NCBI GenBank assembly: GCA_031459385.1 | Contig: JAVKIP010000018.1 | Span: 1-45,579 of the forward strand | Direction: 5' to 3' | DNA from: Candidatus Fervidifonticultor secundus | GTDB lineage: Bacteria > Sysuimicrobiota > Sysuimicrobiia > Sysuimicrobiales > Humicultoraceae | Length of the DNA stretch: 45,579 nt | In this document: positions 1 to 9,341 of the stretch, piece after piece | Position numbering within the stretch: position 1 is the stretch's first letter | Layout of the letters: each line of letters opens with the position of its first letter | The notes under the pieces: model-generated | Told to the model about the DNA's origin: nothing | What the model saw: only the letters and a program-made list of their open reading frames with translations | Databases searched by the model: none | Made by a program: the position numbers and the translations under genes

Positions 1-74
1 CTCGCGGCACGCCCGCCGCGCTTGGGCGCCGGTCGCGTCGTGCAGCTTCAATCGACCGGACCGTGCGGCGGTGC

Positions 75-100
75 GCCCGTCAGAGACGGGCCTTCATTTT
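75..100 (+). terminator. Possible intrinsic terminator hairpin near the 3' end of the thiolase gene
   Basis: GCCCGTC-AGA-GACGGGC (75-91) followed by CTTCATTTT. The upstream + strand gene lies outside the window. Confidence 0.35.
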
Positions 101-121
101 ACGTAGTGCCCGGACGGCCCG

Positions 122-1294
122 TCAACAGGCCTGGCGCTCGACGGCGAGGGCGACGGCCTCGCCGCCAGCCAGGCAGACCGCCGCAACGCCCCGGCGGGCG
201 TTCCGCTCCTCCATGGCGTGCAGCAACGTGGTGAGGATGCGGGCGCCGCTGGCGCCGATGGGATGGCCCAGGGCCACCGCCCCGCCCCGGACGTTAACGC
301 GCTGCGTGTCGATCCCCAGTTCGCGCGTCACGCCGATCACCACCGCGGCGAACGCCTCGTTGATCTCGAACAGGTCCACGGCGTCGATGGTCCAGCCCAC
401 TTTCCCCAGCAGCGCGCGGATGGCGTGGGCCGGGGCGATCGTGAACCACTCGGGCGCCATGGCCGCCCCGGCCTGGCCCACGACGCGGGCCATGGGCCGC
501 AGCCCCAGGCGGCGCGCGGCCGCGCCGGACGCCAGCACGACGGCGGCGGCACCATCGCTGATACTGCTGGCGTTGGCCGCCGTCACGGTGCCGCGCTCTT
601 CGAACGCCGGCTTGAGATGCGGGATCTTCTCGAACTGGACGCGCGGCGGCTCCTCGTCTTCCGCGACAGGCGGGCCGCCATCTGTATGCACCGGCACGAG
701 TTCGGCGCCGGAGGCACCGGATGCCATGGCCGCCAGGGCGCGTCGGTAGCTCTCCACCGCGTACGCGTCCTGGTCTTCCCGGGAGATCTTGTGGGCACGC
801 GCGAGGATCTCGGCGCAACTGCCCATGTGGATCTTGTGGTAGGCGTCGATCAGGCCGTCGCGCAGGATCACGTCCACCAGCGCGCCGTCGCCGAGCCGGT
901 AGCCCGTGCGGGCGCGCTCCGCCAGGAACGGCGCCGCACTCATGTTCTCCATCCCGCCGGCAACCACGACCTCGGCGTCGCCGGCCTGGATCGCCTGCGC
1001 GCCGAGCATGACCGCCTTCAACCCGGAGCCGCACATCTTGTTCACGGTCGTGGCCGGTACCGCTTCGGGCAGCCCGGCCCCAAGGGCGGCCTGGCGTGCA
1101 GGGGCCTGGCCGAGGCCCGCGCTCAGGACGTTGCCCATGATCACCTCGCTGACCTGGTCAGGCGACAGGCCGGCCCGGCGCACGGCCTCGGCGATGGCTA
1201 CAGCACCCAGCCGCGGCGCCGCCACGCCACTCAGGCCGCCCAGAAACCGCCCGATGGGCGTGCGCGCCGCGCTCAGGATCACGACGTCCGACAT
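122..1294 (-). CDS. Acetyl-CoA C-acetyltransferase (thiolase)
   Basis: Thiolase motifs VNKMCGSG, NEAF, GHPIGASG and CLAGG. GAGGAGG RBS 7 nt before the ATG at 1294. Confidence 0.95.
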   Translation of the reverse strand: MSDVVILSAARTPIGRFLGGLSGVAAPRLGAVAIAEAVRRAGLSPDQVSEVIMGNVLSAGLGQAPARQAALGAGLPEAVPATTVNKMCGSGLKAVMLGAQAIQAGDAEVVVAGGMENMSAAPFLAERARTGYRLGDGALVDVILRDGLIDAYHKIHMGSCAEILARAHKISREDQDAYAVESYRRALAAMASGASGAELVPVHTDGGPPVAEDEEPPRVQFEKIPHLKPAFEERGTVTAANASSISDGAAAVVLASGAAARRLGLRPMARVVGQAGAAMAPEWFTIAPAHAIRALLGKVGWTIDAVDLFEINEAFAAVVIGVTRELGIDTQRVNVRGGAVALGHPIGASGARILTTLLHAMEERNARRGVAAVCLAGGEAVALAVERQAC

Positions 1295-1385
1295 GAGCAC
1301 GCCTCCTCGCCATCCAGTCTATCGCAGGGCGCCAGAGGGGAACCACCAGGGGAGCGCATCAGACGCAACCGGGCCGGCGCGCTTT

Positions 1386-1415
1386 TTGACACCTTTTTTT
1401 CGGGCGGTGTATAAT
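1386..1415 (+). promoter_or_regulatory. Consensus sigma70/SigA promoter for rpsU-yqeY
   Basis: TTGACA (1386-1391), 18-nt spacer, TATAAT (1410-1415) in a very GC-rich background. Confidence 0.85.
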
Positions 1416-1599
1416 CAGCGTGTCGCGCGGCCCGGCACGGGAGAGGGCGCATGCGCGCCGGCCGCGGCGGTCGAGGGCGGCGGGTCTTCCGGCCGCAGCG
1501 CCGGAGGCCTGCCGGCTGTTGTTTGGGCGTCAGGGACGGAAGGCCGGCCGCATCCCGGCGATCCGGACCCGGTCCGGACGCGAGAGGGGGTGGGGGACG

Positions 1600-1776
1600 A
1601 TGGCCGAAGTTCGCGTGGGCAAGGACGAGTCGCTGGATGCCGCGCTGAAGCGGTTCAAGCGACAGGTCAAGCGGTCCGGCATTCTCACCGAGGTCAAGCG
1701 GCACGAGCACTACGAGACGCCGGGGCAGCGCCGCCGCCGGAAGCTGGCGCGCGCGGCGAAGCGCCGTCGCAAGTAG
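1600..1776 (+). CDS. rpsU: 30S ribosomal protein bS21
   Basis: 58 aa MAEVRVGKDESLDAALKRFKR...KRHEHYE, G-rich RBS, classic rpsU-yqeY pair. Confidence 0.97.
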   Translation: MAEVRVGKDESLDAALKRFKRQVKRSGILTEVKRHEHYETPGQRRRRKLARAAKRRRK

Positions 1777-1799
1777 GCCGGCTGCCGCAGGGGGAGCGC

Positions 1800-2252
1800 A
1801 TGGACGCGGGCCTGCGGGAACGGCTGGACGCCGACCTCAAGGAGGCGCTGCGGGCGCGTGACGCCGTTCGGACGTCGACGATCCGGCTGGCGCGCGCCGC
1901 CCTGCAGAACGCCGAGATCGACCGCCGGCGTCCGCTGACCGAGGCCGAGGTCGTCGAGGTCCTCCAGCGTGAGGTCAAGCGGCGCCGCGAGGCGATCGAG
2001 GGGTTCGAGCGCGGGGGCCGGGCCGACCTGGTGCAGCGGGAGCAGCTGGAGCTGGCGATCCTGCTCGGCTACCTGCCGCCCGGGCTGGGCGAAGCGGAAC
2101 TGCGCCGGCTGGCCGAGGAAGTCATCGCCGAGGTCGGGGCGAGCAGCGAGCGCGACCTCGGCCGCGTCATGGGCCCGCTCATGCGGCGGGTCGCCGGACG
2201 CGCGGACGGTCGCACCGTCGAGCGCATCGTGCGCGAGCTGCTGCGTGGATGA
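1800..2252 (+). CDS. yqeY: GatB/YqeY domain protein
   Basis: LKEALRARD...REVKRRREAIE.F...GR.DL...DLGRVMG...GRADG. Follows rpsU, GGAG RBS. Confidence 0.93.
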   Translation: MDAGLRERLDADLKEALRARDAVRTSTIRLARAALQNAEIDRRRPLTEAEVVEVLQREVKRRREAIEGFERGGRADLVQREQLELAILLGYLPPGLGEAELRRLAEEVIAEVGASSERDLGRVMGPLMRRVAGRADGRTVERIVRELLRG

Positions 2253-2298
2253 GACCTGTGGCCGGCCGCGGGTGACCGCGGCGCGGGGGATCGACGCG

Positions 2299-2331
2299 AG
2301 AGCCCGGGTCACCACCCGGGCTTTGATGCTT
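2299..2331 (+). terminator. Intrinsic terminator-like hairpin after yqeY
   Basis: AGCCCGGGT-CACC-ACCCGGGCT (2301-2322) followed by TTGATGCTT. Confidence 0.55.
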
Positions 2332-2352
2332 CCTGCGGGAGCGGGACGTCGC

Positions 2353-2844
2353 GTGACCACGGTCAAGAAGCGCAGGTCGGTGAAGCGGGCGCGCAGCGCC
2401 GGCGGCGTCGTCTTCCGCCGCACGTCGCGGGGTGCCGAGTTGCTGCTGCTCCGGCACGCGAGCGGTAAGTGGATGCTGCCCAAGGGCACGATCGAGCGGG
2501 GTGAGACGCCGGAAGCCGTGGCCCTGCGCGAGGTCCGCGAGGAGACCGGGTTGTCCAACGTCCAGGTGCGGACCGACCTGGGGCAGGAGCGCTACTCGTT
2601 CTACTGGCGGACGGAGAACGCGTTCTACGACAAGACGGTGCGGTACTACCTGCTGGAGTTCCTCGGCGGGGAGGACGTGCAGCCACAGCGGGACGAGGGG
2701 TTCGTGGCAGCCGAGTGGGTCACGGTCGACGAGGCCCTGCGGCGGATCAAGTACAAGGAGACGCGCGAGATCGTCCGGCGCGCCCGGAGCGCGCTGGCGG
2801 ACCTGGATGCGTCGCGCGCGGGGGGAGGGGCGGAGCCCGCATGA
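2353..2844 (+). CDS. NUDIX hydrolase (Ap4A hydrolase-like)
   Basis: Nudix box GTIERGETPEAVALREVREETG, plus SAGGVV and WMLPKG. GTG start inferred. Confidence 0.88.
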   Translation: MTTVKKRRSVKRARSAGGVVFRRTSRGAELLLLRHASGKWMLPKGTIERGETPEAVALREVREETGLSNVQVRTDLGQERYSFYWRTENAFYDKTVRYYLLEFLGGEDVQPQRDEGFVAAEWVTVDEALRRIKYKETREIVRRARSALADLDASRAGGGAEPA

Positions 2845-4118
2845 CCGATCCGGTCGAAGCGCGGGTGCTGGCGGTGTTGCGGCGGTACGCCGAGCACCTC
2901 AATCCTGCCTGGGCGCGCGGCTTCCAGTTCCTCGGCGCGGAGACCCTCGAGGTCGAGGGCGAGGGCGCCGTCGTTCGCGACGTCTACGGCCGCGAGTTCA
3001 TCGACTTCGCCTGCGGCCCCGCGGTGTTCATCCTGGGGCACCGGCACCCCGCAGTGGTGGCGGCGGCGCGGCGCGAGCTCGACCGCATGCCGCTGTCGGT
3101 GCGCATCATGCCCAACGAGCCCATGGCCGAGCTGGCCGCGCTGCTGGCCGAGGCGACCCCCGGCGACCTCCAGTACACGTTCCTCTGTAACAGCGGCGCC
3201 GAGGCCAACGAGGCGGCGCTCAAACTGGCGCGGGCGGCGACGGGCCGGCCGGAGATCGTGGCCATGGCGGGCGCGTTTCACGGCAAGACCTTCGGCGCGC
3301 TGTCGGTCTCGGGGCGCGACCTGTACCGCACCCCGTTCGCGCCGCTGCTGCCGGGGGTGACCCACGTGCCGTACGGCGACGTCGATGCGCTGGGGCGCGC
3401 TGTCGGCAGCCAGACCGCCGCGGTGATCCTGGAGCCCATCCAGGGCGAGAACGGTGTGGTCATTCCGCCCGACGGCTACTTGCAGGCGGTGCGCGCCCTC
3501 TGCGACCGGACCGGCGCCCTCATGATCGTCGACGAAGTGCAGACGGGCATGGGGCGTACGGGCACCATGTGGGCGTGCGAGCGCGAGGGCGTCGTCCCCG
3601 ACATCCTGACCGCGGCCAAGGGGCTTGGCGGCGGCGTCGCGCCCGTGGGCGCCATGATTGCGCGGCCGCCGCTGTGGGAGCCCCTGGTCAAGCACCCCTA
3701 CATGCACACGACTACCTTCGGGAACCGCCTGGGCTGGGCCGCGGCCGCGGCCGCAATCCGGGTGATCCGCGACGAGGGGCTGCTGGCGCGCGCGACGGCG
3801 ATCGGTGACCGGCTGATGGCCGGGCTGCGGCGTCTGGCGGCGTCGGCCCCGGAGGCGATCGCAGAGGTGCGCGGGCGCGGCTGCCTGGTCGGGGTAGAGT
3901 TCCGGGAGGCCGACGTGGCGTTTCTCGTCATGGCCGGCCTGTTCCAGCGCCAGGTGCTGGGGTTCCACGCCCTCAACCGGCCCGAGGTGATCCGGTTCGC
4001 GCCGCCGCTGGTGGCCACCGATGCGCAGACCGACCGCGTCGTGGCCGCCTTCGGCGAGGCGCTGGAGGAGACCCGGACGCTGCTGCGGGAGGTGACGGTG
4101 CCATCGGGTTCGGAGTGA
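2841..4118 (+). CDS. Class III PLP aminotransferase (putrescine/acetylornithine aminotransferase-like)
   Basis: NSGAEANE, AFHGKT, EPIQGE, DEVQTGMGRTG, AKGLGGG and HTTTFG motifs. ATGA overlap with the NUDIX stop. Confidence 0.9.
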   Translation: MTDPVEARVLAVLRRYAEHLNPAWARGFQFLGAETLEVEGEGAVVRDVYGREFIDFACGPAVFILGHRHPAVVAAARRELDRMPLSVRIMPNEPMAELAALLAEATPGDLQYTFLCNSGAEANEAALKLARAATGRPEIVAMAGAFHGKTFGALSVSGRDLYRTPFAPLLPGVTHVPYGDVDALGRAVGSQTAAVILEPIQGENGVVIPPDGYLQAVRALCDRTGALMIVDEVQTGMGRTGTMWACEREGVVPDILTAAKGLGGGVAPVGAMIARPPLWEPLVKHPYMHTTTFGNRLGWAAAAAAIRVIRDEGLLARATAIGDRLMAGLRRLAASAPEAIAEVRGRGCLVGVEFREADVAFLVMAGLFQRQVLGFHALNRPEVIRFAPPLVATDAQTDRVVAAFGEALEETRTLLREVTVPSGSE

Positions 4119-6796
4119 CGGCGTCGGCCCTGACGCAGCCTGCCGGCGGCCTGGCCCTCGCGCAGCGGTTCCTGCGCTTCTTCGAGGCGCGCGGGCACAC
4201 GGTGGTGCCGGGATCGTCCCTGGTGCCCGCGGGCGATCCCACGCTGCTGTTCACCAACGCCGGCATGGTGCAGTTCAAGGACGTCTTCCTGGGCCGCGAA
4301 CGGCGGTCGTACACCCGCGCGGCGACCCTGCAGCGGTGCCTGCGCGTCTCGGGCAAGCACAACGACCTGGAGGCGGTGGGTCCCAGCCCGCGGCACCACA
4401 CGCTGTTCTTCATGCTGGGCAACTTCAGCTTCGGCGACTACTTCAAGCGCGAGGCCGTGGCCTGGGCGTGGGAGTTCGTCACCGGCGAACTGGCCATCCC
4501 GCCGGAACGCCTGGTGGTGACGGTGCTCGAAGGCGACGAGGAGGCCGAGGCCGCGTGGCGCGCGCTGGGCGTGCCGGACGCGCGCATCCTGCGCATGGGC
4601 GAGGCCACCAACTTCTGGTCGATGGGCGACGTGGGGCCCTGCGGCCCCACCTCCGAGCTGCACTACGACTGGGGGCGGGCGGCCTGCACGTGCGGGCGGC
4701 CCGACTGCAGCGTGGCGCTGGACAACGGGTGCGGGCGCTGGCTGGAGGTCTGGAACCTGGTCTTCATGCAGTACGATCAGGCCGCCGATGGCACGCGTAC
4801 GCCGTTGCCGCGGCCCGGCGTCGACACCGGCATGGGGCTCGAGCGGATCGCCGCGGTGGTGCAGCAGGCGCCCTCGAACTACGACACCGACCTCTTCGCC
4901 CCCATCCTCGACCGGATCCAGCACCTGCTGGGCCACACGGCGGCCCAGCGCGCCGCCGCCATCGTTCCCTACCGGGTGATCGCCGACCACACCCGCGCCG
5001 CGACGTTTCTCATCGCCGACGGCGTGCTGCCGGGCAACGAGGGCCGCGCCTACGTGCTGCGCATGATCCTGCGCCGCGCCATGCGGTTCGGGCGCCGGGC
5101 CGGCGTCGAGGGGCCGTTCCTCGGGCAGGTGGCGGCGGCGGTCATGGACACGATGCGTGAGGCGTTCCCCGACCTGGAGCGCCAGCGCGCCTTCATCACC
5201 GCGGTGCTCGAGGCCGAGGAGCAGCGCTTCTCCCAGACGCTCGCCGCCGGGCTGGAGCGCCTGGCCGAGGTGATCGCGCAGACGCGCGAGCGCGGTGCCG
5301 TGGAGATCGCCGGCGCCGACGTCTTCCGGCTCTACGATACGTACGGGTTCCCCCTGGAGATGACCCGCGACGTCGCGGCGGAAGCGGGGCTGGCAGTGGA
5401 CGAGGCCGGGTTCCGCGCGGCGCTGGATGCGCAGCGCCGCCGCAGCCGGGCCGGAACGGAGGGCGTCGTGACCCGCATCGGGATGGCCGCGGGGGCGGCC
5501 GACGCACTGGTACAGCGCGGGCTGGCCGAGACGGCGTTCGTGGGCTACACGCGGCTGCGCAGCACCGCGCAGGTGCTGGCCCTGGTGCGCGACGGTGTGC
5601 CGGTGGAGGAGGCGCGCGCCGGCGACGAGGTGATCGTGGTGCTGGACCGGACGCCCTTCTACGCCGAGGCGGGCGGCCAGGTGGGCGATACCGGCACGCT
5701 CGTCGCCCGGGGCCTGCGCGTGACCGTCACCGACACGCGGCGCCTGGCGCCAGGGCTCATCGGCCATCATGGCCGCATAGACGATGGCCGACTGCGCGTG
5801 GGCCAGCGCGTCCGGGCGGCGATCGACGCCCCGCGCCGGGCCGCCATCATGCGCAGTCACACGGCCACGCACCTGCTGCACCGGGCGCTGCAGGAGGTGC
5901 TGGGCGAGCACGCGCGCCAGGCCGGGTCGCTCGTCGCGCCCGATCGGCTGCGCTTCGACTTCGCGCACCTGCAGCCGCTGTCCGCGGCGCAGCGCGAGGC
6001 CGTCGAGCGCCGCGTGAACGCCGTGGTGCTGGAAGGCCGGCGCGTGCGCGCGGCGGTCATGCCCCTGGAGCAGGCGGTGCGGCTGGGCGCCATGGCCCTC
6101 TTCGGCGAGAAATACGGCGAGCGCGTCCGCGTGGTGACCGTGGCGGACTACAGCCGCGAGCTCTGCGGCGGCACGCACCTGCGCTCGACCGCGGAGGTGG
6201 GGCTGTTCCTCATCACCGCAGAGGTGGGGATCGCCGCCGGCGTGCGCCGCATCGAGGCCCTGACCGGTCTGGCGGCGTACGAGCGTGCCCGGGCGGCGGA
6301 GCGCCTGCTGGCCGAGCTGGGGGCGCAGCTGCGCGTGGCGCCGGCCGAGGTGGCAGACCGCGTGCGCCGGCTGCAGCAGGAGGTGCGGACGCTCCAGCGC
6401 CAGCGCGGCGTGCCCGGCGGGGCGGCTGTCGAGGCTGCAGCGCCGATCACGGTGGACGTGGACGGCGTGCGGGTGGCTACCGCGCGCATCGATGGGGCGA
6501 CCCACGAGGCGCTGCGGGAAGCCGGCGACCGCCTGCGGACGGAGCTGGGCCAGGGCGTGCTCGTGCTCGGCGGCGCGGTGGGCGACCGCGTGAACCTGAT
6601 CGCCATGGTCACCGCTGACCTGCACGCGCGCGGGCTGCGGGCCGATACGCTGCTGCGCGCCGTGGCCGGCCGCGTGGGAGGGACGGGCGGGGGCCGCGCG
6701 GAGCTGGCGCAGGGCGGGGGCCGTGACCCCACCGCGCTGGATGCGGCGCTCGCCGCGGTGCCTGCCGAGGTCCGCCGCCTGCTTGGCGGCGGCTGA
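4115..6796 (+). CDS. alaS: Alanine--tRNA ligase
   Basis: DPTLLFTNAGMVQFK, MLGNFSFGDYFK, DTGMGLER, editing motifs HTATH and ELCGGTH, C-Ala GGTGGG...AQGGG. Confidence 0.97.
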   Translation: MTASALTQPAGGLALAQRFLRFFEARGHTVVPGSSLVPAGDPTLLFTNAGMVQFKDVFLGRERRSYTRAATLQRCLRVSGKHNDLEAVGPSPRHHTLFFMLGNFSFGDYFKREAVAWAWEFVTGELAIPPERLVVTVLEGDEEAEAAWRALGVPDARILRMGEATNFWSMGDVGPCGPTSELHYDWGRAACTCGRPDCSVALDNGCGRWLEVWNLVFMQYDQAADGTRTPLPRPGVDTGMGLERIAAVVQQAPSNYDTDLFAPILDRIQHLLGHTAAQRAAAIVPYRVIADHTRAATFLIADGVLPGNEGRAYVLRMILRRAMRFGRRAGVEGPFLGQVAAAVMDTMREAFPDLERQRAFITAVLEAEEQRFSQTLAAGLERLAEVIAQTRERGAVEIAGADVFRLYDTYGFPLEMTRDVAAEAGLAVDEAGFRAALDAQRRRSRAGTEGVVTRIGMAAGAADALVQRGLAETAFVGYTRLRSTAQVLALVRDGVPVEEARAGDEVIVVLDRTPFYAEAGGQVGDTGTLVARGLRVTVTDTRRLAPGLIGHHGRIDDGRLRVGQRVRAAIDAPRRAAIMRSHTATHLLHRALQEVLGEHARQAGSLVAPDRLRFDFAHLQPLSAAQREAVERRVNAVVLEGRRVRAAVMPLEQAVRLGAMALFGEKYGERVRVVTVADYSRELCGGTHLRSTAEVGLFLITAEVGIAAGVRRIEALTGLAAYERARAAERLLAELGAQLRVAPAEVADRVRRLQQEVRTLQRQRGVPGGAAVEAAAPITVDVDGVRVATARIDGATHEALREAGDRLRTELGQGVLVLGGAVGDRVNLIAMVTADLHARGLRADTLLRAVAGRVGGTGGGRAELAQGGGRDPTALDAALAAVPAEVRRLLGGG

Positions 6797-6800
6797 TCCG

Positions 6801-7337
6801 GTGCGCGTGCTTGCCATCGACCCCGGCGAGCGACGCCTGGGGCTCGCCATCAGCGACCCGACCGGTGTGGTCGCGCTTCCCCTCGAGGTGATCGTGCGCG
6901 CCGGGTGGGCCCGCGACCTGGCGCGGCTGCGCCAGATCGTGGCGGTCCACGGCGTCACCGAGATCGTCGTGGGGCGCCCGCTCACCATGCGCGGAGACGT
7001 AGGGGAACAGGCCCGCGCGGCCGCAGCGTTCGCGCAACGTGTCCGCACGGCCCTGCGCCTGCCGGTGCACGAAGTGGACGAGCGGTTCTCCACGGTGGCG
7101 GCGCAGCGCGCCATGCACGAGGCCGGCGCGCGGAAGATCCGCGGACGGGTCGACGCCGTGGCGGCCGCCCTCATCCTCCAGGCGTACCTCGACCGCACGC
7201 GCGCCCGCCGGGGATCGCAGGCCGGGTCGGCCAGCGACGGCTGGTCGAATGGGGGGCGAGGTGCTATGCTCGGCGCGGAGCGCGGGGGCCGCGGGGGCCG
7301 GCGGGGGCAGGGGGTGCGGCGTGGTCGACGACAGTGA
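6801..7337 (+). CDS. ruvX: RuvX/YqgF Holliday junction resolvase-like protein (pre-16S rRNA nuclease)
   Basis: VLAIDPGERRLGLAISD, VVGRP, DERFST, VDAVAAALILQAYL. Low-complexity C-terminal extension overlaps the next gene. Confidence 0.92.
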   Translation: MRVLAIDPGERRLGLAISDPTGVVALPLEVIVRAGWARDLARLRQIVAVHGVTEIVVGRPLTMRGDVGEQARAAAAFAQRVRTALRLPVHEVDERFSTVAAQRAMHEAGARKIRGRVDAVAAALILQAYLDRTRARRGSQAGSASDGWSNGGRGAMLGAERGGRGGRRGQGVRRGRRQ

Positions 7338-7671
7338 TGTGATTACGCTCCAGGACGAGAACGGTCTGGAGCACCGGTTCAACCTCGTGGACATCGTCGA
7401 GGTCGGCGGCCAGCGCTACGCCGTGCTGCAGCCCGAGGAGAGCGACGACGACGACCCGGCAGCGGTGGTGTTCCGCATCGAGGGCGACGACCGCCTGGTG
7501 CCGATCGAGGACGACCAGGAACTGGGCCGTGTCATGGCCGAGCTGGAAGAACGCTACGGCGACGTGGTGCTCGACGCCGAGGACGAGGACGACGAGGACC
7601 TGGATCTTTTGGACGAGGCCGAAGCGTTCGACCTGAACGGCGAGCACGACGAGGACGAGGAGGACGACTAG
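7321..7671 (+). CDS. DUF1292 family acidic protein
   Basis: ITLQDENG.E..F...EV.G.RYAVL...LVPIEDD.E, in the conserved alaS-ruvX-DUF1292-mltG order. Confidence 0.85.
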   Translation: MVDDSDVITLQDENGLEHRFNLVDIVEVGGQRYAVLQPEESDDDDPAAVVFRIEGDDRLVPIEDDQELGRVMAELEERYGDVVLDAEDEDDEDLDLLDEAEAFDLNGEHDEDEEDD

Positions 7672-7686
7672 GTCCTCCGGCCTGCC

Positions 7687-8712
7687 GTGGCGGCACGCGG
7701 AGGGAGATCAGCACGCCGGCTGCCCAGGCTCCGGGTGGCGCTGACGGCGGGCGTGGTCCTGGGCGTGGCGGCGGGTGGCGTCGGGTGGTGGCTGCTCGGA
7801 CCGGTCGACGGCGGCGAGGAGCGCGTCGTCGTCATCGCGCGCGGCGCGTCGGCCTGGGCGATCGGGCGGCAGCTGGCCGAGGCCGGTCTGGTCCGCACGC
7901 CGGCGTCGCTGGTGGTCGCCGCGGCGCTGCAGCGCCGGCTAAGCGCGCTGCAAGAGGGAGAGTACGTCCTGCGGCCCTCCCAGAGCGCGCTGGAGATCGC
8001 CGACCGCCTCGCCCGTGGCGCGACCCGCCTGCACCGGGTCACGATTCCCGAAGGTTACACCGTCCGCCAGATCGCCGACGTGCTGGCCGGGGCCGGGCTG
8101 GTCGACCGGGCGCGCTTTCTGGACGTGGCGCTGCGTCGGGGGCGCACCCTGGGCCGGCCGTGGCTCGCCGCGCTGCCCACCGAGAGCCTCGAAGGGTACC
8201 TGTTCCCCGACACCTACTACCTGCCGCGCGGCCTGAGCGAGGAGGCCGTGGTGGGGCACCTGGTCGACCGCTTCGAGGCCGCCGTCGACGCGTCGGTGCG
8301 CGCAGCTGCAGCCGCGCGGGGCCTCAGCCTGCACGAGCTGATCACCGTGGCCTCCATGGTCGAGCGCGAGGCGCAGGTGCCCGAGGAACGGCCCGTGATC
8401 GCTGCCGTGATCTACAACCGCCTGGCGCGGGGGATGCGCCTGGAGATCGACGCCACGGTGCTCTACGCCCTGGGACAGCACAAGGCCGTGGTGACCCTGA
8501 CCGATCTCGCTGTGGAGTCGCCGTACAACACCTACCGGCGCCAGGGTCTCCCGCCCGGACCCATCGCCAGCCCCGGCCTGGCCGCGCTCGAGGCCGCCGC
8601 GCACCCGGCGGCCGTGCCCTACCTGTACTACGTGCGCCGGCCGGACGGCCGCCATCACTTCAGCCGCACGCTCGCCGAGCACCTGGACGCGGTCCGCCGC
8701 TACCGCCCGTGA
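7687..8712 (+). CDS. mltG: Endolytic transglycosylase MltG
   Basis: N-terminal TM, TIPEG, LEGYLFPDTY, ASMVERE, SPYNTY, GLPPGPI.SPG. Confidence 0.95.
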   Translation: MAARGGRSARRLPRLRVALTAGVVLGVAAGGVGWWLLGPVDGGEERVVVIARGASAWAIGRQLAEAGLVRTPASLVVAAALQRRLSALQEGEYVLRPSQSALEIADRLARGATRLHRVTIPEGYTVRQIADVLAGAGLVDRARFLDVALRRGRTLGRPWLAALPTESLEGYLFPDTYYLPRGLSEEAVVGHLVDRFEAAVDASVRAAAAARGLSLHELITVASMVEREAQVPEERPVIAAVIYNRLARGMRLEIDATVLYALGQHKAVVTLTDLAVESPYNTYRRQGLPPGPIASPGLAALEAAAHPAAVPYLYYVRRPDGRHHFSRTLAEHLDAVRRYRP

Positions 8713-9239
8713 GCGGGCTGTGGCGGCTGCTGGCGCCCCGGCACCGCGTACACAGCGTCGTGGCGCTGACGCCCCTGCAGCTGCGCGCGTGGGGGATCGA
8801 GGCGCTGATGCTCGACCTGGACAACACCCTGGTGCCGTGGGGAGAGGCGGCGCCGCCTCCCCACGTGACCGCCTGGCTCGCGACGCTGCGGCAGGCCGGC
8901 ATTCCTGCCTGCCTGGTCTCCAACAACCTCTCCGGCCGCGTGCGGCGTGCTGCCGGGCTCCTGAACCTGCCCGTGGCCGCCGGCCGCTTCAAGCCCAGCG
9001 CGGCCAAGCTCCGACGCGCCCTGGCCATCATGGGCACCGCCCCGGCCCGGACCGCAATGGTCGGTGATCAGCTCTTCACCGACGTGCTGGCCGGGAACCG
9101 GCTCGGGGTCCCAACGATCCTGGTGGCACCGCTCACCCCGCGCGAGCCGCTGCGCGTGCGCCTGGTGCGCGCGGTCGAGCGCCGTGTGCTGGCAGCGCTG
9201 GCCGCACGCGGCCTGGTGGCTGTCTCGCCGGAGGGGTGA
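8709..9239 (+). CDS. yqeG: YqeG family HAD IIIA phosphatase
   Basis: DLDNTLV, VSNN, KP and MVGDQLFTDVLAGNRLG motifs. GTGA overlap with mltG. Confidence 0.92.
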   Translation: MSGLWRLLAPRHRVHSVVALTPLQLRAWGIEALMLDLDNTLVPWGEAAPPPHVTAWLATLRQAGIPACLVSNNLSGRVRRAAGLLNLPVAAGRFKPSAAKLRRALAIMGTAPARTAMVGDQLFTDVLAGNRLGVPTILVAPLTPREPLRVRLVRAVERRVLAALAARGLVAVSPEG

Positions 9240-9265
9240 GCCGCCGCCCGGCGCGTGCGGGCGAA

Positions 9266-9291
9266 GTCTGGCCGGCGCGGACTCCGGGCAT
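9266..9291 (+). promoter_or_regulatory. Putative SigB/F-type promoter (copy 1) upstream of the HD-GYP gene
   Basis: GTCT(9266-9269)-N16-GGGCAT(9286-9291). The same motif recurs upstream of six other units. Confidence 0.65.
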
Positions 9292-9341
9292 AACCCCAGT
9301 ACGCCGGCCGCCCGGGGGTGTGCCGGCGCGCCGGCGTACCG

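Noticed and set aside
3698..7198. 1166-aa minus-strand ORF and similar long ORFs (8700-11843, 16882-19287, 21469-23397, 34806-36632)
   Set aside because: These are antisense or off-frame shadows of well-supported genes, caused by stop-codon scarcity at very high GC. They show no recognisable motifs.
7200..7337. RuvX C-terminal extension as a new domain
   Set aside because: It is low-complexity Gly/Arg sequence overlapping the next gene's putative promoter (TGCTATGCT), most simply explained by loss of an earlier stop codon.
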